Below, one piece after another: positions 1 through 11,520 of a DNA stretch of 64,000 nt. The stretch covers positions 288,001-352,000 of the forward strand of contig CAVQMO010000001.1 in assembly GCA_963713605.1 (NCBI GenBank). The letters are read 5' to 3'. The first letter of the stretch is position 1. The number at the start of each line of letters is the position of its first letter. The position numbers and the translations under genes are program-made. The DNA comes from an uncultured Nitrososphaerales archaeon (GTDB taxonomy: Archaea; Thermoproteota; Nitrososphaeria; Nitrososphaerales; Nitrososphaeraceae). Below the pieces are notes generated by a model. The model made no database searches. It was not told the DNA's origin and worked only from the letters and a program-made list of their open reading frames with translations.

Positions 1-64
1 AATAATCTATGGACATTTGACTCTACTTTCCAAACATGGATAAACCTAAGTGTTGCATGTGATT

Positions 65-268
65 TTAGTTATTCTTCAATTCTTCCTTTATTTTTCGTAA
101 ATCCTGTTGGAGATTTTGGATTAGTTTAGGAATTTCTCTATCAGCGCAGCCGAGACAAACATGCTGAAGCGATAGCGACATAGTAAAATATTTGGCATTT
201 AGTGGAATTACGTTTTTGCAAGAAACGCACTTCTTTAACTTGTATGGATCAGTGTTCTTTGTGATCAT
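65..268 (-). CDS. small putative Zn-binding protein (CxxC...CxxC) with C-terminal coiled coil
   Basis: 67 aa ORF with CVSC and CLGC motifs. Confidence 0.5.
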   Translation of the reverse strand: MITKNTDPYKLKKCVSCKNVIPLNAKYFTMSLSLQHVCLGCADREIPKLIQNLQQDLRKIKEELKNN

Positions 269-386
269 TAGATATTTCCATCAGAAATGGAAATATATTC
301 ATATACTTCCGTCATAGGTCGAGGGCCAAATATCGATGTCAAGGCGATAATCCAACTCATTGCCAAACAAAAGGGACTATTCATAA

Positions 387-881
387 GTGTATCAGAGAGT
401 TTTCACAACAACAGTTAAAGCTAACCTGAGGATCGTATGTATCTTGGGGTTGAAGGTATCTTATTCGGTCGGAACATTTGGCAGAGAAGCAGAGTACATA
501 GTAGCTCTATACCTGAGATTAATTGGTTGGAGGGTTCGTCTGTCAAAGAATAGCCGAGGACCTGCTGACATAGTCGCAGTGTTAAATTCTAAGAAAAAAC
601 AAAGAAAATGGCTTATACAGGTGAAATCATCAAGAAGGATACCAAGGATCAAAGGGCACGAAATCCTTCGACTCACCTCAGCTGCGTCTCTTGCTGGAGG
701 CGACCCGATAGTTGCTACGCTCCATCCGAGGATTGGAAATGACACTGGTCAACTAATAAATCTCTCAAATGTTAATCACGAATCAAAACTAGCGTTTAGC
801 GATAGACGGTTTGCGGTAACTTTTTTTTATTTACCCTATTGGAGTATGATTAAACCAGAGATCTCAAACCTCTCTGAATGA
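387..881 (+). CDS. PD-(D/E)xK nuclease, Holliday-junction-resolvase-like (true start probably somewhat downstream)
   Basis: G..AE.....L...GW.V..S..SRGPADIVA...IQVKS motif. Confidence 0.7.
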   Translation: MYQRVFTTTVKANLRIVCILGLKVSYSVGTFGREAEYIVALYLRLIGWRVRLSKNSRGPADIVAVLNSKKKQRKWLIQVKSSRRIPRIKGHEILRLTSAASLAGGDPIVATLHPRIGNDTGQLINLSNVNHESKLAFSDRRFAVTFFYLPYWSMIKPEISNLSE

Positions 882-1075
882 GATTCAAGGCAAGTTCTTG
901 AAGGTTAGGACGTCTGAGATCGCTTCTAACCTATTGTGATTCCTTTCACTAAGGAGTAATGCTCAAATACTGGAACCACAGTGGCGACTACTGAATAATT
1001 TTTCTATGGTCTACCAGACCAGAATATTATTCAACTAGTATTTATATAATATCAAAGCCATTTTGCTCTCATTCA

Positions 1076-3223
1076 ATGGACGACAATCACATTAAGAAGA
1101 ATAACAAAAAGGCCAATAGGTTAATCAACGAAACCAGCCCCTACCTCTTGCAGCATGCCTACAACCCTGTAGATTGGTATTCGTGGGGTAAGGACGCTCT
1201 TGAAAAGGCGAGATCCGAAGATAAACCAATATTCTTGAGCATAGGTTACAGTTCATGTCATTGGTGTCATGTAATGGCACACGAATCTTTTGAAGATGAA
1301 GAGATTGCAAAGATTATGAATGAAAATTTCGTAAACATTAAAGTCGACAGAGAAGAAAGAGCTGACCTTGACGATGTCTATCAACGTGTATGTCAACTAG
1401 CGGCAGGTAGTGGTGGATGGCCACTATCAGTCTTCTTGACGCCTGATCAGAAACCGTTCTATATCGGAACATATTTCCCCAAGAATTCTAGATATGGAAT
1501 GCCTGGTTTTATGTCTATTATAAAGCAGCTTGCTGATACATATGTTAACAATAAGAAGGAAGTACTTAGCGCTACCTCTGAATTCATGCATGCACTATCA
1601 GGTGCTGCTGAAGATATTTCTATTAGTCGTCCAATTCCAGTAGACCCTGAGCGTTCTGTACTGGATGAGGCGGCTGTTAGCCTCTTGCATTTTGGTGATT
1701 CTACATATGGCGGATTTGGACAAGCTCCGAAGTTTCCAAACCCTTCCAACCTTATGTTCATGTTACGATATTATGAATTATCAAAGATTTCCAAATTCAA
1801 AGACTTCGTTGTATTTACTGCTGATAAGATGGCATCAGGAGGTATCCACGATCATCTTGGGGGAGGGTTTGCTAGATATTCAACGGATCAAAAATGGCTG
1901 GTTCCTCACTTTGAAAAAATGCTTTATGACAACGCATTACTCATACAACTCTTCTCTGAAATTTATCAGGTAACTCGAAATGAAAAGTATATTGAAGTTT
2001 TGCATAAAAGCATAAGATACGTTCTCAGAGAGTTGACCTCAAAGGATGGCTTGTTTTATTCTGCTGAGGACGCTGATTCTGAAGGAGAGGAAGGTAAGTA
2101 TTATTTATGGACAAAAAGAGAAATCTTGGAAAGTTTGAACAACAAGACGGACGCTGACATATTTTGCCTATACTATGGCGTAACTGAAGGAGGGAATTTT
2201 GAGGGTAAAAATATTCTAAATAGCCAAAATAATAAAGTATTCCTTTCACAAAAATTCGACAAGCCTGTTCAGGTTATAGATGATATTCTTAGAAGATCTG
2301 AGGCAAGATTGTTCGAAGCAAGAAAGCGCCGTGTACGTCCAGGAAAGGACGACAAAGCGATTACCTCTTGGAATTCACTAATGATCTCTGCACTAGTAAA
2401 GGCCTATCGAGTTACCTCAGAAGAGACCTATCTCGAAGCAGCTGTCAAGGCAGCAGATTTCATAGAGGCTAGAATGTCGTCCCCAGACGGGAGACTTTTC
2501 AGGATTTTCAAAAACGGTCAACCTAAATTGAATAGCTATCTTGATGACTACGCTTTCTTTGTGAATTCATTGATTGATCTGTTCGAAGTTCTTCCTATCC
2601 CTAGCTATATGAATTCCGCCCTCAGACACACAGATTTTATGTTAGATCATTTCTGGGATAAACAGAGGAATGATGGATTTTTTTTCACATCGGATGACCA
2701 TGAGGATCTAATAATTAGAACTAAAAATTATTACGACCTTGCGATTCCTAGCGGCAACTCTGTCGCAGCAATGAATCTAATGAGGTTATATCATTTTTCT
2801 CAAAGAAATGATTACCAGAAAAAATCGGAAGACATTTTTAGGTCTGTTTCTTCTATTGCCAGAGATAATCCATTCGGTTTCGGGCATTTCCTTGTCTCAT
2901 TATATATGTACGTGAAGAGGCCGATCGAGTTCACAGTGGTGCAAGGGAGAGAACCAAACGAGGACATCTTCAACAATATGCTGACGCTTCTAAATAGAGC
3001 GTATATTCCCAACGGTATATTTGCGTACGTAAAGTCGAACACGAACTTTAATCAGCTAGAACTGCTACTACCATTCTTCAAAGGAAAATTGGAACCTGCA
3101 GGTCCCCAAGCAAATCGTTCAACCCGAGCGTATGTTTGCAAGAATTTTGTCTGTTCCCCTCCTATGAACACATTTAGCGAATTGGAGAATTATCTCAAGC
3201 CTGATAAGCTGATTGGGGATTGA
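1076..3223 (+). CDS. YyaL/SSP411 family thioredoxin-domain protein (DUF255)
   Basis: [40 protein letters not shown]. Confidence 0.95.
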   Translation: MDDNHIKKNNKKANRLINETSPYLLQHAYNPVDWYSWGKDALEKARSEDKPIFLSIGYSSCHWCHVMAHESFEDEEIAKIMNENFVNIKVDREERADLDDVYQRVCQLAAGSGGWPLSVFLTPDQKPFYIGTYFPKNSRYGMPGFMSIIKQLADTYVNNKKEVLSATSEFMHALSGAAEDISISRPIPVDPERSVLDEAAVSLLHFGDSTYGGFGQAPKFPNPSNLMFMLRYYELSKISKFKDFVVFTADKMASGGIHDHLGGGFARYSTDQKWLVPHFEKMLYDNALLIQLFSEIYQVTRNEKYIEVLHKSIRYVLRELTSKDGLFYSAEDADSEGEEGKYYLWTKREILESLNNKTDADIFCLYYGVTEGGNFEGKNILNSQNNKVFLSQKFDKPVQVIDDILRRSEARLFEARKRRVRPGKDDKAITSWNSLMISALVKAYRVTSEETYLEAAVKAADFIEARMSSPDGRLFRIFKNGQPKLNSYLDDYAFFVNSLIDLFEVLPIPSYMNSALRHTDFMLDHFWDKQRNDGFFFTSDDHEDLIIRTKNYYDLAIPSGNSVAAMNLMRLYHFSQRNDYQKKSEDIFRSVSSIARDNPFGFGHFLVSLYMYVKRPIEFTVVQGREPNEDIFNNMLTLLNRAYIPNGIFAYVKSNTNFNQLELLLPFFKGKLEPAGPQANRSTRAYVCKNFVCSPPMNTFSELENYLKPDKLIGD

Positions 3224-3234
3224 ACAATTAGACC

Positions 3235-3513
3235 ATGCATGACCATATGGATAAATCGAAATCAAATACTAAGCCAACTCCTTCTCTATTGGCGGGAATA
3301 TTATATATGATGGCTAGGCATGGATTCGAGGCTGAACTCAAGCCAGATCGATTTCACATGGATTTGGTCTTGGGGCACACACAACCTATAGCCCCTGAGA
3401 TAATTGTTACTTTACGGGAAAATGGCTTTGAATACTGTTTCTATAATAGAGTAACGTATACTGACACAGACGGTGCAATTAGGTGTCGTTCATATTTTAG
3501 AAGGCCATACTAA
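3235..3513 (+). CDS. hypothetical protein
   Basis: 92 aa ORF starting 12 nt after the upstream gene. Confidence 0.55.
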   Translation: MHDHMDKSKSNTKPTPSLLAGILYMMARHGFEAELKPDRFHMDLVLGHTQPIAPEIIVTLRENGFEYCFYNRVTYTDTDGAIRCRSYFRRPY

Positions 3514-3717
3514 TTGGCCTAGGCGCTCGCACCATTGACCTCTAACCTGCTTCTATCACATAATAGCAAGGCCGCCTGAGCATAGTAATTAAGTGTATAT
3601 TGGATCGCATTCTAAATCATGAAGTAGTCCCCTCAGAAATCCATGAATAAAGAAGGGACTAATTTTATAGAGATAAGGTTATGATACAAACTATCAGACT
3701 CTATATAGATATTTAGG

Positions 3718-4080
3718 ATGTTTAATAATCGGCAGACAAAAATGAGTATGGATTTCGGTTCTTTAGCGTCGAGTGCTACCCCAATAGCAGTAGGAGGCAT
3801 AGCCGGATTTCTTGTGGGATATGCAATAAAAAAGGTAATCAAGATCGTCCTTATTATCGCTGGATTAATGATAGTTGCCTTTGTTGCCCTTGGGTATCAA
3901 CAATATGTTTCAGTTGACTGGAGCAAGATACAAGAAGCAGGTTCAGGCTTGATGGGTAACGTCAGCAACTCGAATCTCCCAGGAACTGAACAAAGTATTT
4001 CTTCAGTCATGGCAGCTTTCGGAATTCCTCTGGTGGGCAGCCTAGCAGCGGGATTTATACTGGGGTTCATCAAAGGTTAA
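3718..4080 (+). CDS. FUN14 family membrane protein
   Basis: GGIAGFLVGYAIKKVIK, YVSVDWSK, AAGFILGF. Confidence 0.9.
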   Translation: MFNNRQTKMSMDFGSLASSATPIAVGGIAGFLVGYAIKKVIKIVLIIAGLMIVAFVALGYQQYVSVDWSKIQEAGSGLMGNVSNSNLPGTEQSISSVMAAFGIPLVGSLAAGFILGFIKG

Positions 4081-4371
4081 CAAAGATAATGTATATAAAT
4101 CAACATCCGTACCACCTTGTCTTCATTGCTGTCATTGGGTTGCATCAGATCTACTCTCCCAATTCGCCACCTTTCAATTCTTGATTGTTCAATGATGCTT
4201 AATAATGCTTAAGTCACATAAACATCCTCTGTTTGCAGATCAGAATATTGCTTGAGGCTGGAAACGAATTTGTAAAAGAATCCGTTGCTTTGAAGTTATA
4301 GACGATCTCGAACCGTTTATCTCAAATGATGCATAGAAGACATTTGCCAAAGTGAGAGGGGAGGTCTCTAT

Positions 4372-4818
4372 TTATTTGGACTTGGATGCTTTTACTAAAT
4401 CTCGCAAATGCGCCAACGTTCTAACTTGACCTCCATTGGCTTTCTTGTATAGCGACCAATATGTTTCTCTATCTATGTCATTCCGATCTTTGAGGACCTT
4501 TAAGTAATGTCGCATGCCTCTGATCTTTACAATGTAAAGCTCCTTCTTACCTACTCTTGCAGTTTTTTTCCCCTTCTTAGAGCCTTCTCCTATTCCCCGC
4601 TTTTTTCTTGTCATATGCTTCAGCTTAGCTCTATATCTAGAAGTTCCTTGCCTCCTTGCGGTCCAAATAGCCCCGTTTTTGATTAGCGCTCTAAGATTTT
4701 CCCTCGTAATAGAGTCAGCTACATCTTCAAGCTTATCTGGTTCAAATCTGACTCTATTGACTCCTACCCCCAAGATCCGCGCGACGAGTTCTCGCTTCTT
4801 TCGTATATTAACTACCAT
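4372..4818 (-). CDS. rpl19e: 50S ribosomal protein L19e
   Basis: ARILGVGVNRV, SITRENLRALIKNGAI, GEGSKKGKKTAR. Confidence 0.97.
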   Translation of the reverse strand: MVVNIRKKRELVARILGVGVNRVRFEPDKLEDVADSITRENLRALIKNGAIWTARRQGTSRYRAKLKHMTRKKRGIGEGSKKGKKTARVGKKELYIVKIRGMRHYLKVLKDRNDIDRETYWSLYKKANGGQVRTLAHLRDLVKASKSK

Positions 4819-5222
4819 TACGTCTGCCCCTTATTCTCATCCTTTTGCGGTACATTACCCTTATTGAGAACCTTGATACCCAATGCGTTGGCCTTACTCA
4901 CAATATCTATACGTTTCCGCCGACCCACTGTGTGACCAATTCTCGCAGCATCAATCTTGGGATCCAATTTTTCCAGATCTCGGATGTTATGAATTAATCT
5001 ATCATTATATCCAGAAGGGTGTAGACCTCTGGCTACCTTAGGGCCCCTGTATCCCACTTTGACGAGCGGCGGGACTCCGGATACCTGTTTTCTCATCTTG
5101 TTATCAACGCCTTTTGGCTTCCTCCAATTTTCCGCGAGCCTGACATATCTCCAACTCTCTTGCCTTACGAATTTAGGTCGGGTTGCAGAAACTTTCTTCC
5201 TGGCACGTAACAGATTCGTCAT
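4818..5222 (-). CDS. rpl32e: 50S ribosomal protein L32e
   Basis: PKFVRQESWRY, WRKPKGVDNKMR, RGLHPSG. Confidence 0.97.
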   Translation of the reverse strand: MTNLLRARKKVSATRPKFVRQESWRYVRLAENWRKPKGVDNKMRKQVSGVPPLVKVGYRGPKVARGLHPSGYNDRLIHNIRDLEKLDPKIDAARIGHTVGRRKRIDIVSKANALGIKVLNKGNVPQKDENKGQT

Positions 5223-5531
5223 TTATCGGCAATCGTTAATCAACCATCAAGTGCTATAGATTTTAATAAATACGTTTCCCAAAAAATCCTCAGAAGTACT
5301 TTGATTTCAGTCGGAACAAATTCGCTATAGATGCAATGCAATATGTTAGTTACGACTCTGAATCACTTACATTCTAATTTAGTGCGGATTTACTCTGATC
5401 GCTTAGTTTTTTGTTCGTGGCTATATGAGAGTAATTGACCTTCAGACTATCATTTCATTTTAATTCGCTCTGAATTGTATTTAGGATATGCTAACAGAAC
5501 AGTTAATAGTAAAAGATTTACTTTAAAATGT

Positions 5532-6155
5532 ATGAAAAAATATGAATTGCCACCAGTTCCGTACGGTTATGATGCACTTGAACCGTATATCGATGCAAGA
5601 ACTATGGAGATACATCATACAAAACACCACCAAACGTATACAGACAAACTAAATGCGGCCCTCGAAAAATGTCCTCCTGAAATTCAAGAAAAGGACATTG
5701 TTGAAATATTATCAAATTTGGGTCAAGTTCCAGCTGATCAAAAAAGTGCAATCAATTTCAATGGAGGAGGATTCGATAATCATCGAATATTTTGGAATAA
5801 TATGAAACCAAATGGTGGTGGAGAGCCAGGAGGTGCGGTTGCTGATGCAATAAATTCATCGTTTGGAAGTTTTTCCGGGTTTAAGGAGAAATTCTCGTCA
5901 GATACTGCAGTGATACAAGGAAGTGGCTGGGGATGGCTGATCTATAATCCTACCACAAAGAAAGTAGAGTATAAGGCAATGCCAAATCAAACCAGCCCAA
6001 GAACTGAAGGGTTAAACCCCCTATTAGGCTGCGATGTCTGGGAGCACGCATACTATCTCAAATATCAAAATAGAAGACCTGAATATGTTTCGGCTTGGTG
6101 GAACGTTGTGAACTGGGATGATGTGGAAAAAAGGTTACAGCAAGTAAAAGCTTAG
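5532..6155 (+). CDS. sod: Fe/Mn superoxide dismutase
   Basis: YELPPVPYGYDALEPYI, HHTKHHQTY, DVWEHAYY; ATG at 5532 chosen as start. Confidence 0.97.
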   Translation: MKKYELPPVPYGYDALEPYIDARTMEIHHTKHHQTYTDKLNAALEKCPPEIQEKDIVEILSNLGQVPADQKSAINFNGGGFDNHRIFWNNMKPNGGGEPGGAVADAINSSFGSFSGFKEKFSSDTAVIQGSGWGWLIYNPTTKKVEYKAMPNQTSPRTEGLNPLLGCDVWEHAYYLKYQNRRPEYVSAWWNVVNWDDVEKRLQQVKA

Positions 6156-6354
6156 GTCACGAAGCCCTCACTATTTTTGTGTGACAAAGACTGAAGAGGC
6201 CCAAGTGAGCAAAGCAATCAAGAAAGGTAGCGACTTTGTATGTTTTTTGGGTTGACGATTGGATCACGGTAACAAAATATCTCGATATTCCACATCGTTC
6301 TTGAGTTTTAACCCAAGTTTGCGTGTGTTCTAGACGATTTAAAAAGAACTAAAA

Positions 6355-6657
6355 CTATCCCCACAGAGGGCTTGCGTCAGACAAAGTAAACTTACTATTG
6401 TGCTTTACTATTAACTGACCCAACTGAGCATACATCTGAAGATATCTCATCCCTTTTCCAGAAGTCTTGAATGTTCGTTCTCCTGCGGTATATTCAATTA
6501 ATTCATTTTCAAGCAAGAGGACTAGGTACTCTTTTAGAAGGTTATGTGATAGATATGTGCGATAAAGTATTTCCGTTTGCCTAAGACTATTCCCATTAAC
6601 TGCCTGAAGGATAGATGCAATAATCTCCCCCCTACTTCGATGGCGATTCCTCATCAC
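6355..6657 (-). CDS. archaeal winged-HTH transcription regulator
   Basis: RSRGEIIASIL...T.I.Y...LS...LKEYL..L...F.TS.KG..YL. Confidence 0.85.
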   Translation of the reverse strand: MMRNRHRSRGEIIASILQAVNGNSLRQTEILYRTYLSHNLLKEYLVLLLENELIEYTAGERTFKTSGKGMRYLQMYAQLGQLIVKHNSKFTLSDASPLWG

Positions 6658-6900
6658 GTTAAGGTGTGTTATGCCTTTCTAGTATAAAATTCTTAGGTCA
6701 AGTGAAACTAGACAATTCGATTAACCTATCATTTTAATCTATAAAGAGGCTGCATTCGGTCAGCATTCAGAAGGAGATGCCTTCATTTTGGCGAATGAAG
6801 TCTGTGATCTCTGTTCCATTGAGGAAATTCGAGGGTATTAAGTAACCTATAGGTTCTTCGATTATATATCTGAACTCTCATTGGGTTATTTGAGCAAGTA

Positions 6901-7908
6901 TTGATATCTTCTCCCTTTGATAATTTGGTCAAACTGGATGACGATGTTACCAACGAGAAATATGGATATTATCCATCTAGCAGACCCATTAGCTCTTTGC
7001 TAGATTACGGCTTGATTATGCTCGATAAACCTCCTGGTCCCACTAGCCATGAGGTCGTCGCATGGGTGAAAAAAATCATAGGAGTCAGTAAGGCAGGGCA
7101 TAGTGGAACTTTGGATCCGGGCGCTACTGGACTTCTCCCCATTGGACTGGGGGAAGGCACGAAGGCCCTTTCCATACTGCTCTTCGGACCGAAGGAGTAT
7201 TATGCATTGGCAAGGCTACACGATCACATTAACGATTATGAGTTAGATACTGTGATAAGCCAATTTGTTGGAGATATATACCAGAGGCCACCCCAAAGAT
7301 CTTCGGTCAAAAGGGCTACTCGAATTCGGACTGTACATGAAATTGAAAGGCTAGAAAGATGCGATCGTCTTATCTTGATACGTATATTATCTCAGTCAGG
7401 TACCTACATAAGAAAGATAGTATATGACATAGGAGAAATTCTTGGAACAGGAGCTACCATGGTGGAGCTCCGACGAACGCAGGTAAGCAACCTGTCAGAA
7501 AGTAAAGACGGCTTGGTCAGGATGCACGATTTAGCTGATGCTCTAGAATTGTACAGGCATGAAGAGGACGATTCAAAGTTAAGGAAGCTCATCAAGCCTA
7601 TTGAATATTGCATAGACGGTGTGGAGACTGTAGTCGTCAGGGATACAGCAATTGATGCCTTATGTCACGGCGCCCAGCTCGCAATCCCGGGTATTTTGTC
7701 TGTATCTAAGGCACTTAAAGTGGGGAGCTTTGTTGGTATTTTTTCTATGAAAGGGGAGATCGTAGGATTTGGTGAAGTCGCAATGACAAGGGAAGAGATT
7801 GAATCCAATGTAAAAGGCATTGCTGTTAATATAAAGAGAATAATTATGAAACCAGGGTCATACCCTAAATCGTGGCACACTTCAAACCAGGCAGCTAAAG
7901 AAAAATAG
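6901..7908 (+). CDS. cbf5: RNA-guided pseudouridine synthase Cbf5 (TruB family)
   Basis: LDKPPGPTSHEVVAW, GHSGTLDP, SGTYIR, C-terminal PUA domain. Confidence 0.97.
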   Translation: MISSPFDNLVKLDDDVTNEKYGYYPSSRPISSLLDYGLIMLDKPPGPTSHEVVAWVKKIIGVSKAGHSGTLDPGATGLLPIGLGEGTKALSILLFGPKEYYALARLHDHINDYELDTVISQFVGDIYQRPPQRSSVKRATRIRTVHEIERLERCDRLILIRILSQSGTYIRKIVYDIGEILGTGATMVELRRTQVSNLSESKDGLVRMHDLADALELYRHEEDDSKLRKLIKPIEYCIDGVETVVVRDTAIDALCHGAQLAIPGILSVSKALKVGSFVGIFSMKGEIVGFGEVAMTREEIESNVKGIAVNIKRIIMKPGSYPKSWHTSNQAAKEK

Positions 7909-8095
7909 GTAGACTAGAAATAAGCTGCTTTACCCTCCTAAAACAACATTTCAACGTTGATCCTAGTTGACTGGACAGAGAAAGCACTTACAGCATTGTG
8001 TTTTCACACTCAGTGAATTAATAGGTCGGATAAACACATAAGTTGGTGCAAGCTTGTAATTCGTAGTCGAACGGAAGCTATGGTTACTACATCAG

Positions 8096-8199
8096 GCCGG
8101 GGTCGCCTAGCCTGGTAGGGCGCAAGCCTGGAAATTGCAAAATATCCAGCCAGCTTGTGATCTCTTGGGGTCACGAGGGTTCGAATCCCTCTCCCGGCG
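8096..8199 (+). tRNA. tRNA-Ser(GGA) with 18-nt intron at 37/38 (8134-8151)
   Basis: acceptor stem GCCGGGG/TCCCGGC, anticodon stem CAAGC/GCTTG, long variable arm, GGTTCGAATCC T-arm; CTGG/CCAG central helix of a BHB-like motif. Confidence 0.93.
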
Positions 8200-8252
8200 C
8201 TCTTTCTGATTACAATATGCCCACGTCGTGATATGATTACAAAACTTTCCCT

Positions 8253-8471
8253 TCATAATTCCTCGTCTAATTCTTCAAAGGCCCTAGCCTTGGAAAGTTC
8301 GTGCAGACGCATCGCAACCAGTCTATTATATTCTTTTTTATCAATGGTGCCCCTCCGCTGTAATTCCTCGATGAGAACATCCAACATTACAGTAACCTCC
8401 TCTACTTCTGTTAGTTCTTTTCCCGTGACGCGAGCAGGCGGGCCGTTGCGTTTTGTGGCTTTTCTAGACAT
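8253..8471 (-). CDS. conserved hypothetical protein
   Basis: 72 aa helical charged ORF; TATA-like element upstream. Confidence 0.7.
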   Translation of the reverse strand: MSRKATKRNGPPARVTGKELTEVEEVTVMLDVLIEELQRRGTIDKKEYNRLVAMRLHELSKARAFEELDEEL

Positions 8472-8557
8472 GATCTATAATAGCCCTTTAGAAATTTAGT
8501 ATATAATATCGATCCCGACACTGTCTTCGAGTTGAAAGGGTTGGTCCTTTTATGAGA

Positions 8558-9694
8558 TTATATCTGCGGTTGCTTTTGCATGAGCTTATCATATTCAATT
8601 TCTACTGATCTTAGTATCGAAGTACCTGTGAGCGATGCTCTACTCTTAAGCATTGTAAGAATGGATACACCTCCGGCTCCTGCTCCATCTTTCACGAAAC
8701 CGTTCGCAAATGCCTTTAGGCCAGGCCTCTGGGAATCTTCAAAGTGAAGATCTACAGCAAAAATCGGAAAATCAGAGCAAATTTCATTAGCTATGCCCTG
8801 AATGTCTGAATAAGGATCCTTTGCAACATAGCAAGTAGTTCCTATGCAAATATTTTCTAACGATCTGTTCATAGCACTTATTACCGCAAGTATGGCTGTC
8901 ATCTGTGTCCCTCCAGCTAACATAACCTTGCTTCCTGATCCACTGATGCCACAAGCAAGCCCAGCCACAACTGGGATCATCGGATCCCCAACTGCAGCTA
9001 TCGCTCTTACAGGATCATTTTTGAAACACCCAAAGGGAATGCCTGCCTTAGCCATCCCTTCCTTTACTACACTGTTTTTTAAAGTGTGAGGATTCTTCGT
9101 GAGGCTACTGCTCACCTTAGACCAGGCATTGATTCCAAGTGTAACAAGCACACCCAGGGCAGTAGTAGTTCCTCCTGGGATACTCTCACCGAGAATAACC
9201 ATCTTACTAAGTTTAGCGAGTTCGTGACCAAAGGCTTCCCCATATTTTAAGCCCTTCTTGACATAAATTTCATCAACTGCATTTCCTGTTCGTATGTCGT
9301 TTCCTGGGTTCATTTCAAATGAGATATAGGGGACTTGAGGTTTAACTACCGACCCAGCGTTGATTATGAGAAATGGAATATTAGATAGATCTAATGCAGT
9401 CTTTGTGATAATCGCCGGAGTAGGCATTCCATCTGGAGTAACAGGGACTGAATCCAGACATTTACAGTGACCGTAATTCAAGAACTCTGCGTCAGCGGGA
9501 GATGTATATTTTATTAGATTTTCATTCTGGCCAGCTGCCGTAATTCCAGGTATGAGACCTGTTTGAGTGTATGATATTACTAGTGCAAATAATGGATTGC
9601 TAGATGCTATAGGTATTTTAAAAGACTGATCTTGGTTGACGGATCTGAGGTCTGGATAATCTACCCCATCATATTTCAAATTGACTTCAACCAA
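8558..9694 (-). CDS. cobT: archaeal nicotinate-nucleotide--dimethylbenzimidazole phosphoribosyltransferase (CobT-like)
   Basis: IPGITAAG, GESIPGGTTTALGVL, LAGGTQM, VKDGAGAGG. Confidence 0.9.
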   Translation of the reverse strand: MVEVNLKYDGVDYPDLRSVNQDQSFKIPIASSNPLFALVISYTQTGLIPGITAAGQNENLIKYTSPADAEFLNYGHCKCLDSVPVTPDGMPTPAIITKTALDLSNIPFLIINAGSVVKPQVPYISFEMNPGNDIRTGNAVDEIYVKKGLKYGEAFGHELAKLSKMVILGESIPGGTTTALGVLVTLGINAWSKVSSSLTKNPHTLKNSVVKEGMAKAGIPFGCFKNDPVRAIAAVGDPMIPVVAGLACGISGSGSKVMLAGGTQMTAILAVISAMNRSLENICIGTTCYVAKDPYSDIQGIANEICSDFPIFAVDLHFEDSQRPGLKAFANGFVKDGAGAGGVSILTMLKSRASLTGTSILRSVEIEYDKLMQKQPQI

Positions 9695-10310
9695 CGCCCA
9701 TGAAAGCTAGAAACTCACTTTCAGATTTTGCCTGTAACGCAAGATTTGATCGCTTTTCTTTTCCAATCGTTGAAACTGGAAAGGAGCCATAATCATGACC
9801 AGGATAAACCGTAAGTTGATCCTCCAAAGCAGAAACCTTTCTATACAAACTAAGGTACATGTCTTTTGGATCCCCTCCTGGAAGATCTATTCTCCCTACA
9901 GCACCAACAAAGAGAGTGTCTCCAGTAAACACTGCCTCTTTATCGATAATAAGACAAATACTGTCTTGGGAATGACCTGGGGTATGTAGAACTCGAAGGC
10001 TAACAGATCCGATAGATATTATATCGTTCTCTACTACAGACATATCTTTGTGAAGCTGAGAATTCAAGTGCTGAATGACAGTTGCCCCAGTCGCTTTTGC
10101 GACTTCATCATTTCCAAAAACATGATCGAAATGTGAGTGAGTGTTTATAATATGCTTGGCCTTCAGCTTTTTATCGGTGAGTAATTGGAATATCTCTTGG
10201 AGATCCCATGATGGATCTATAATAGCAGCGAGGCGAGTCTGAATATCGGAGATAATATAAGTGAAATTGGCCATATTCCCGACTTTGAGCTGATATATAC
10301 CTTCGGTCAA
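9687..10310 (-). CDS. MBL-fold metallo-hydrolase (glyoxalase II-like)
   Basis: THSHFDH, HTPGHS, FTGDTLF, PGHDYG. Confidence 0.95.
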   Translation of the reverse strand: MTEGIYQLKVGNMANFTYIISDIQTRLAAIIDPSWDLQEIFQLLTDKKLKAKHIINTHSHFDHVFGNDEVAKATGATVIQHLNSQLHKDMSVVENDIISIGSVSLRVLHTPGHSQDSICLIIDKEAVFTGDTLFVGAVGRIDLPGGDPKDMYLSLYRKVSALEDQLTVYPGHDYGSFPVSTIGKEKRSNLALQAKSESEFLAFMGVG

Positions 10311-11005
10311 GTTTCGTTCACCAATATTCCCTTTTCAGCCTCCCTTGGAATCCCAATATGTTCAAGGTGAATCTGACCCGAATATTTTTCATTATTCAAC
10401 AAACCCTTCTTCATTCTGTGAAATGTGACAGTTGCATTTGCTCTTACACACTTATCGTGGACTCTGCCGGTATTAGGATCAAGTCCCGATGGTATATCTA
10501 CAGAGAATATGTAAGCACCGGATTTATTAATATAATCTATCGCAGAAGAATGAGGTTCTCTGATATTACCGCTTACTCCGGTTCCTAGAATGCCATCTAT
10601 TATTATGTCAGAGTCAAGAATCCTATCTTTGATTTGGTCTATCTGATTACTCCAGAATGACTCTATAGAATCTAATCTCTTGAGAATAGTCCAATTTGCT
10701 CTTGCTTCCTCAGTTCGAAGATCACGGGGATCAATTAATAACAACACTGTATATTTCGCATTAGGGTTATAGGAAAGATGCCTCATACAAACCATGGCAT
10801 CACCGCCATTGTTTCCTCCACCACATACGGCAACAATTCTCTTATCGACGATTTTCATATCCATCCCCTCCATCTTGAATTTAATAAAGTCGGCAAGTCC
10901 ATGCCCCGCATTTTCCATCATATACATTCTACGGACACCAAAATTCTCTTCCGCGTTCTCCTCGATCTTGTACATATCATCAGAAGTGATGGCTCTAGAC
11001 TCCAA
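10307..11005 (-). CDS. nnrE: NAD(P)H-hydrate epimerase (YjeF-N)
   Basis: MENAG, GNNGGDA, DGILGTG, SVDIPSG. Confidence 0.95.
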   Translation of the reverse strand: MESRAITSDDMYKIEENAEENFGVRRMYMMENAGHGLADFIKFKMEGMDMKIVDKRIVAVCGGGNNGGDAMVCMRHLSYNPNAKYTVLLLIDPRDLRTEEARANWTILKRLDSIESFWSNQIDQIKDRILDSDIIIDGILGTGVSGNIREPHSSAIDYINKSGAYIFSVDIPSGLDPNTGRVHDKCVRANATVTFHRMKKGLLNNEKYSGQIHLEHIGIPREAEKGILVNET

Positions 11006-11520
11006 TTCAGTAATGGTCGTCGAGATAGTACTGGATTACTTATAAGTGTTAAACGAACGTCAGCGGTCAATATCGTAATTGACTGTGGATTTATTTACTG
11101 CTGATAATCCCTTAAACTTGCAGTAATCTTCCTGTATGAGGAAAGTGGATTTCTGAATTGAATTTTCGACCTTGAACTGTTCGTTTGGTTTTCGTGCTGT
11201 AAGTAATTGTTCAACCTAGAAACATGGTGATCAGGTACTTATGCAGCATAGGTAGAAACTCAGTGCCAAACCAAGCAGATTCAATATTGGGAGCAAAATC
11301 TAGAAGATGGAGACTAGGAAAATAATGCTTGTATACTCAAGCATGGCCTACAAGTTCTGACCTTAAAACTTTCTAATGCTAACATACTGATATAAACTCG
11401 AGACTATACCAACAAATGACGATGATAAAGTATATTACAGAGAATCTGGTTTCTTCCGATTTGGTACTGACAAGATTATGCTTGAGTCTAATTTACATAA
11501 GGGCAGGTTATTGATTCAGA

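Noticed and set aside
4372..5222. rpl32e-rpl19e detached from the spc ribosomal operon
   Set aside because: Fragmented ribosomal operons are common in this group as far as I know, so it is not counted as novel.
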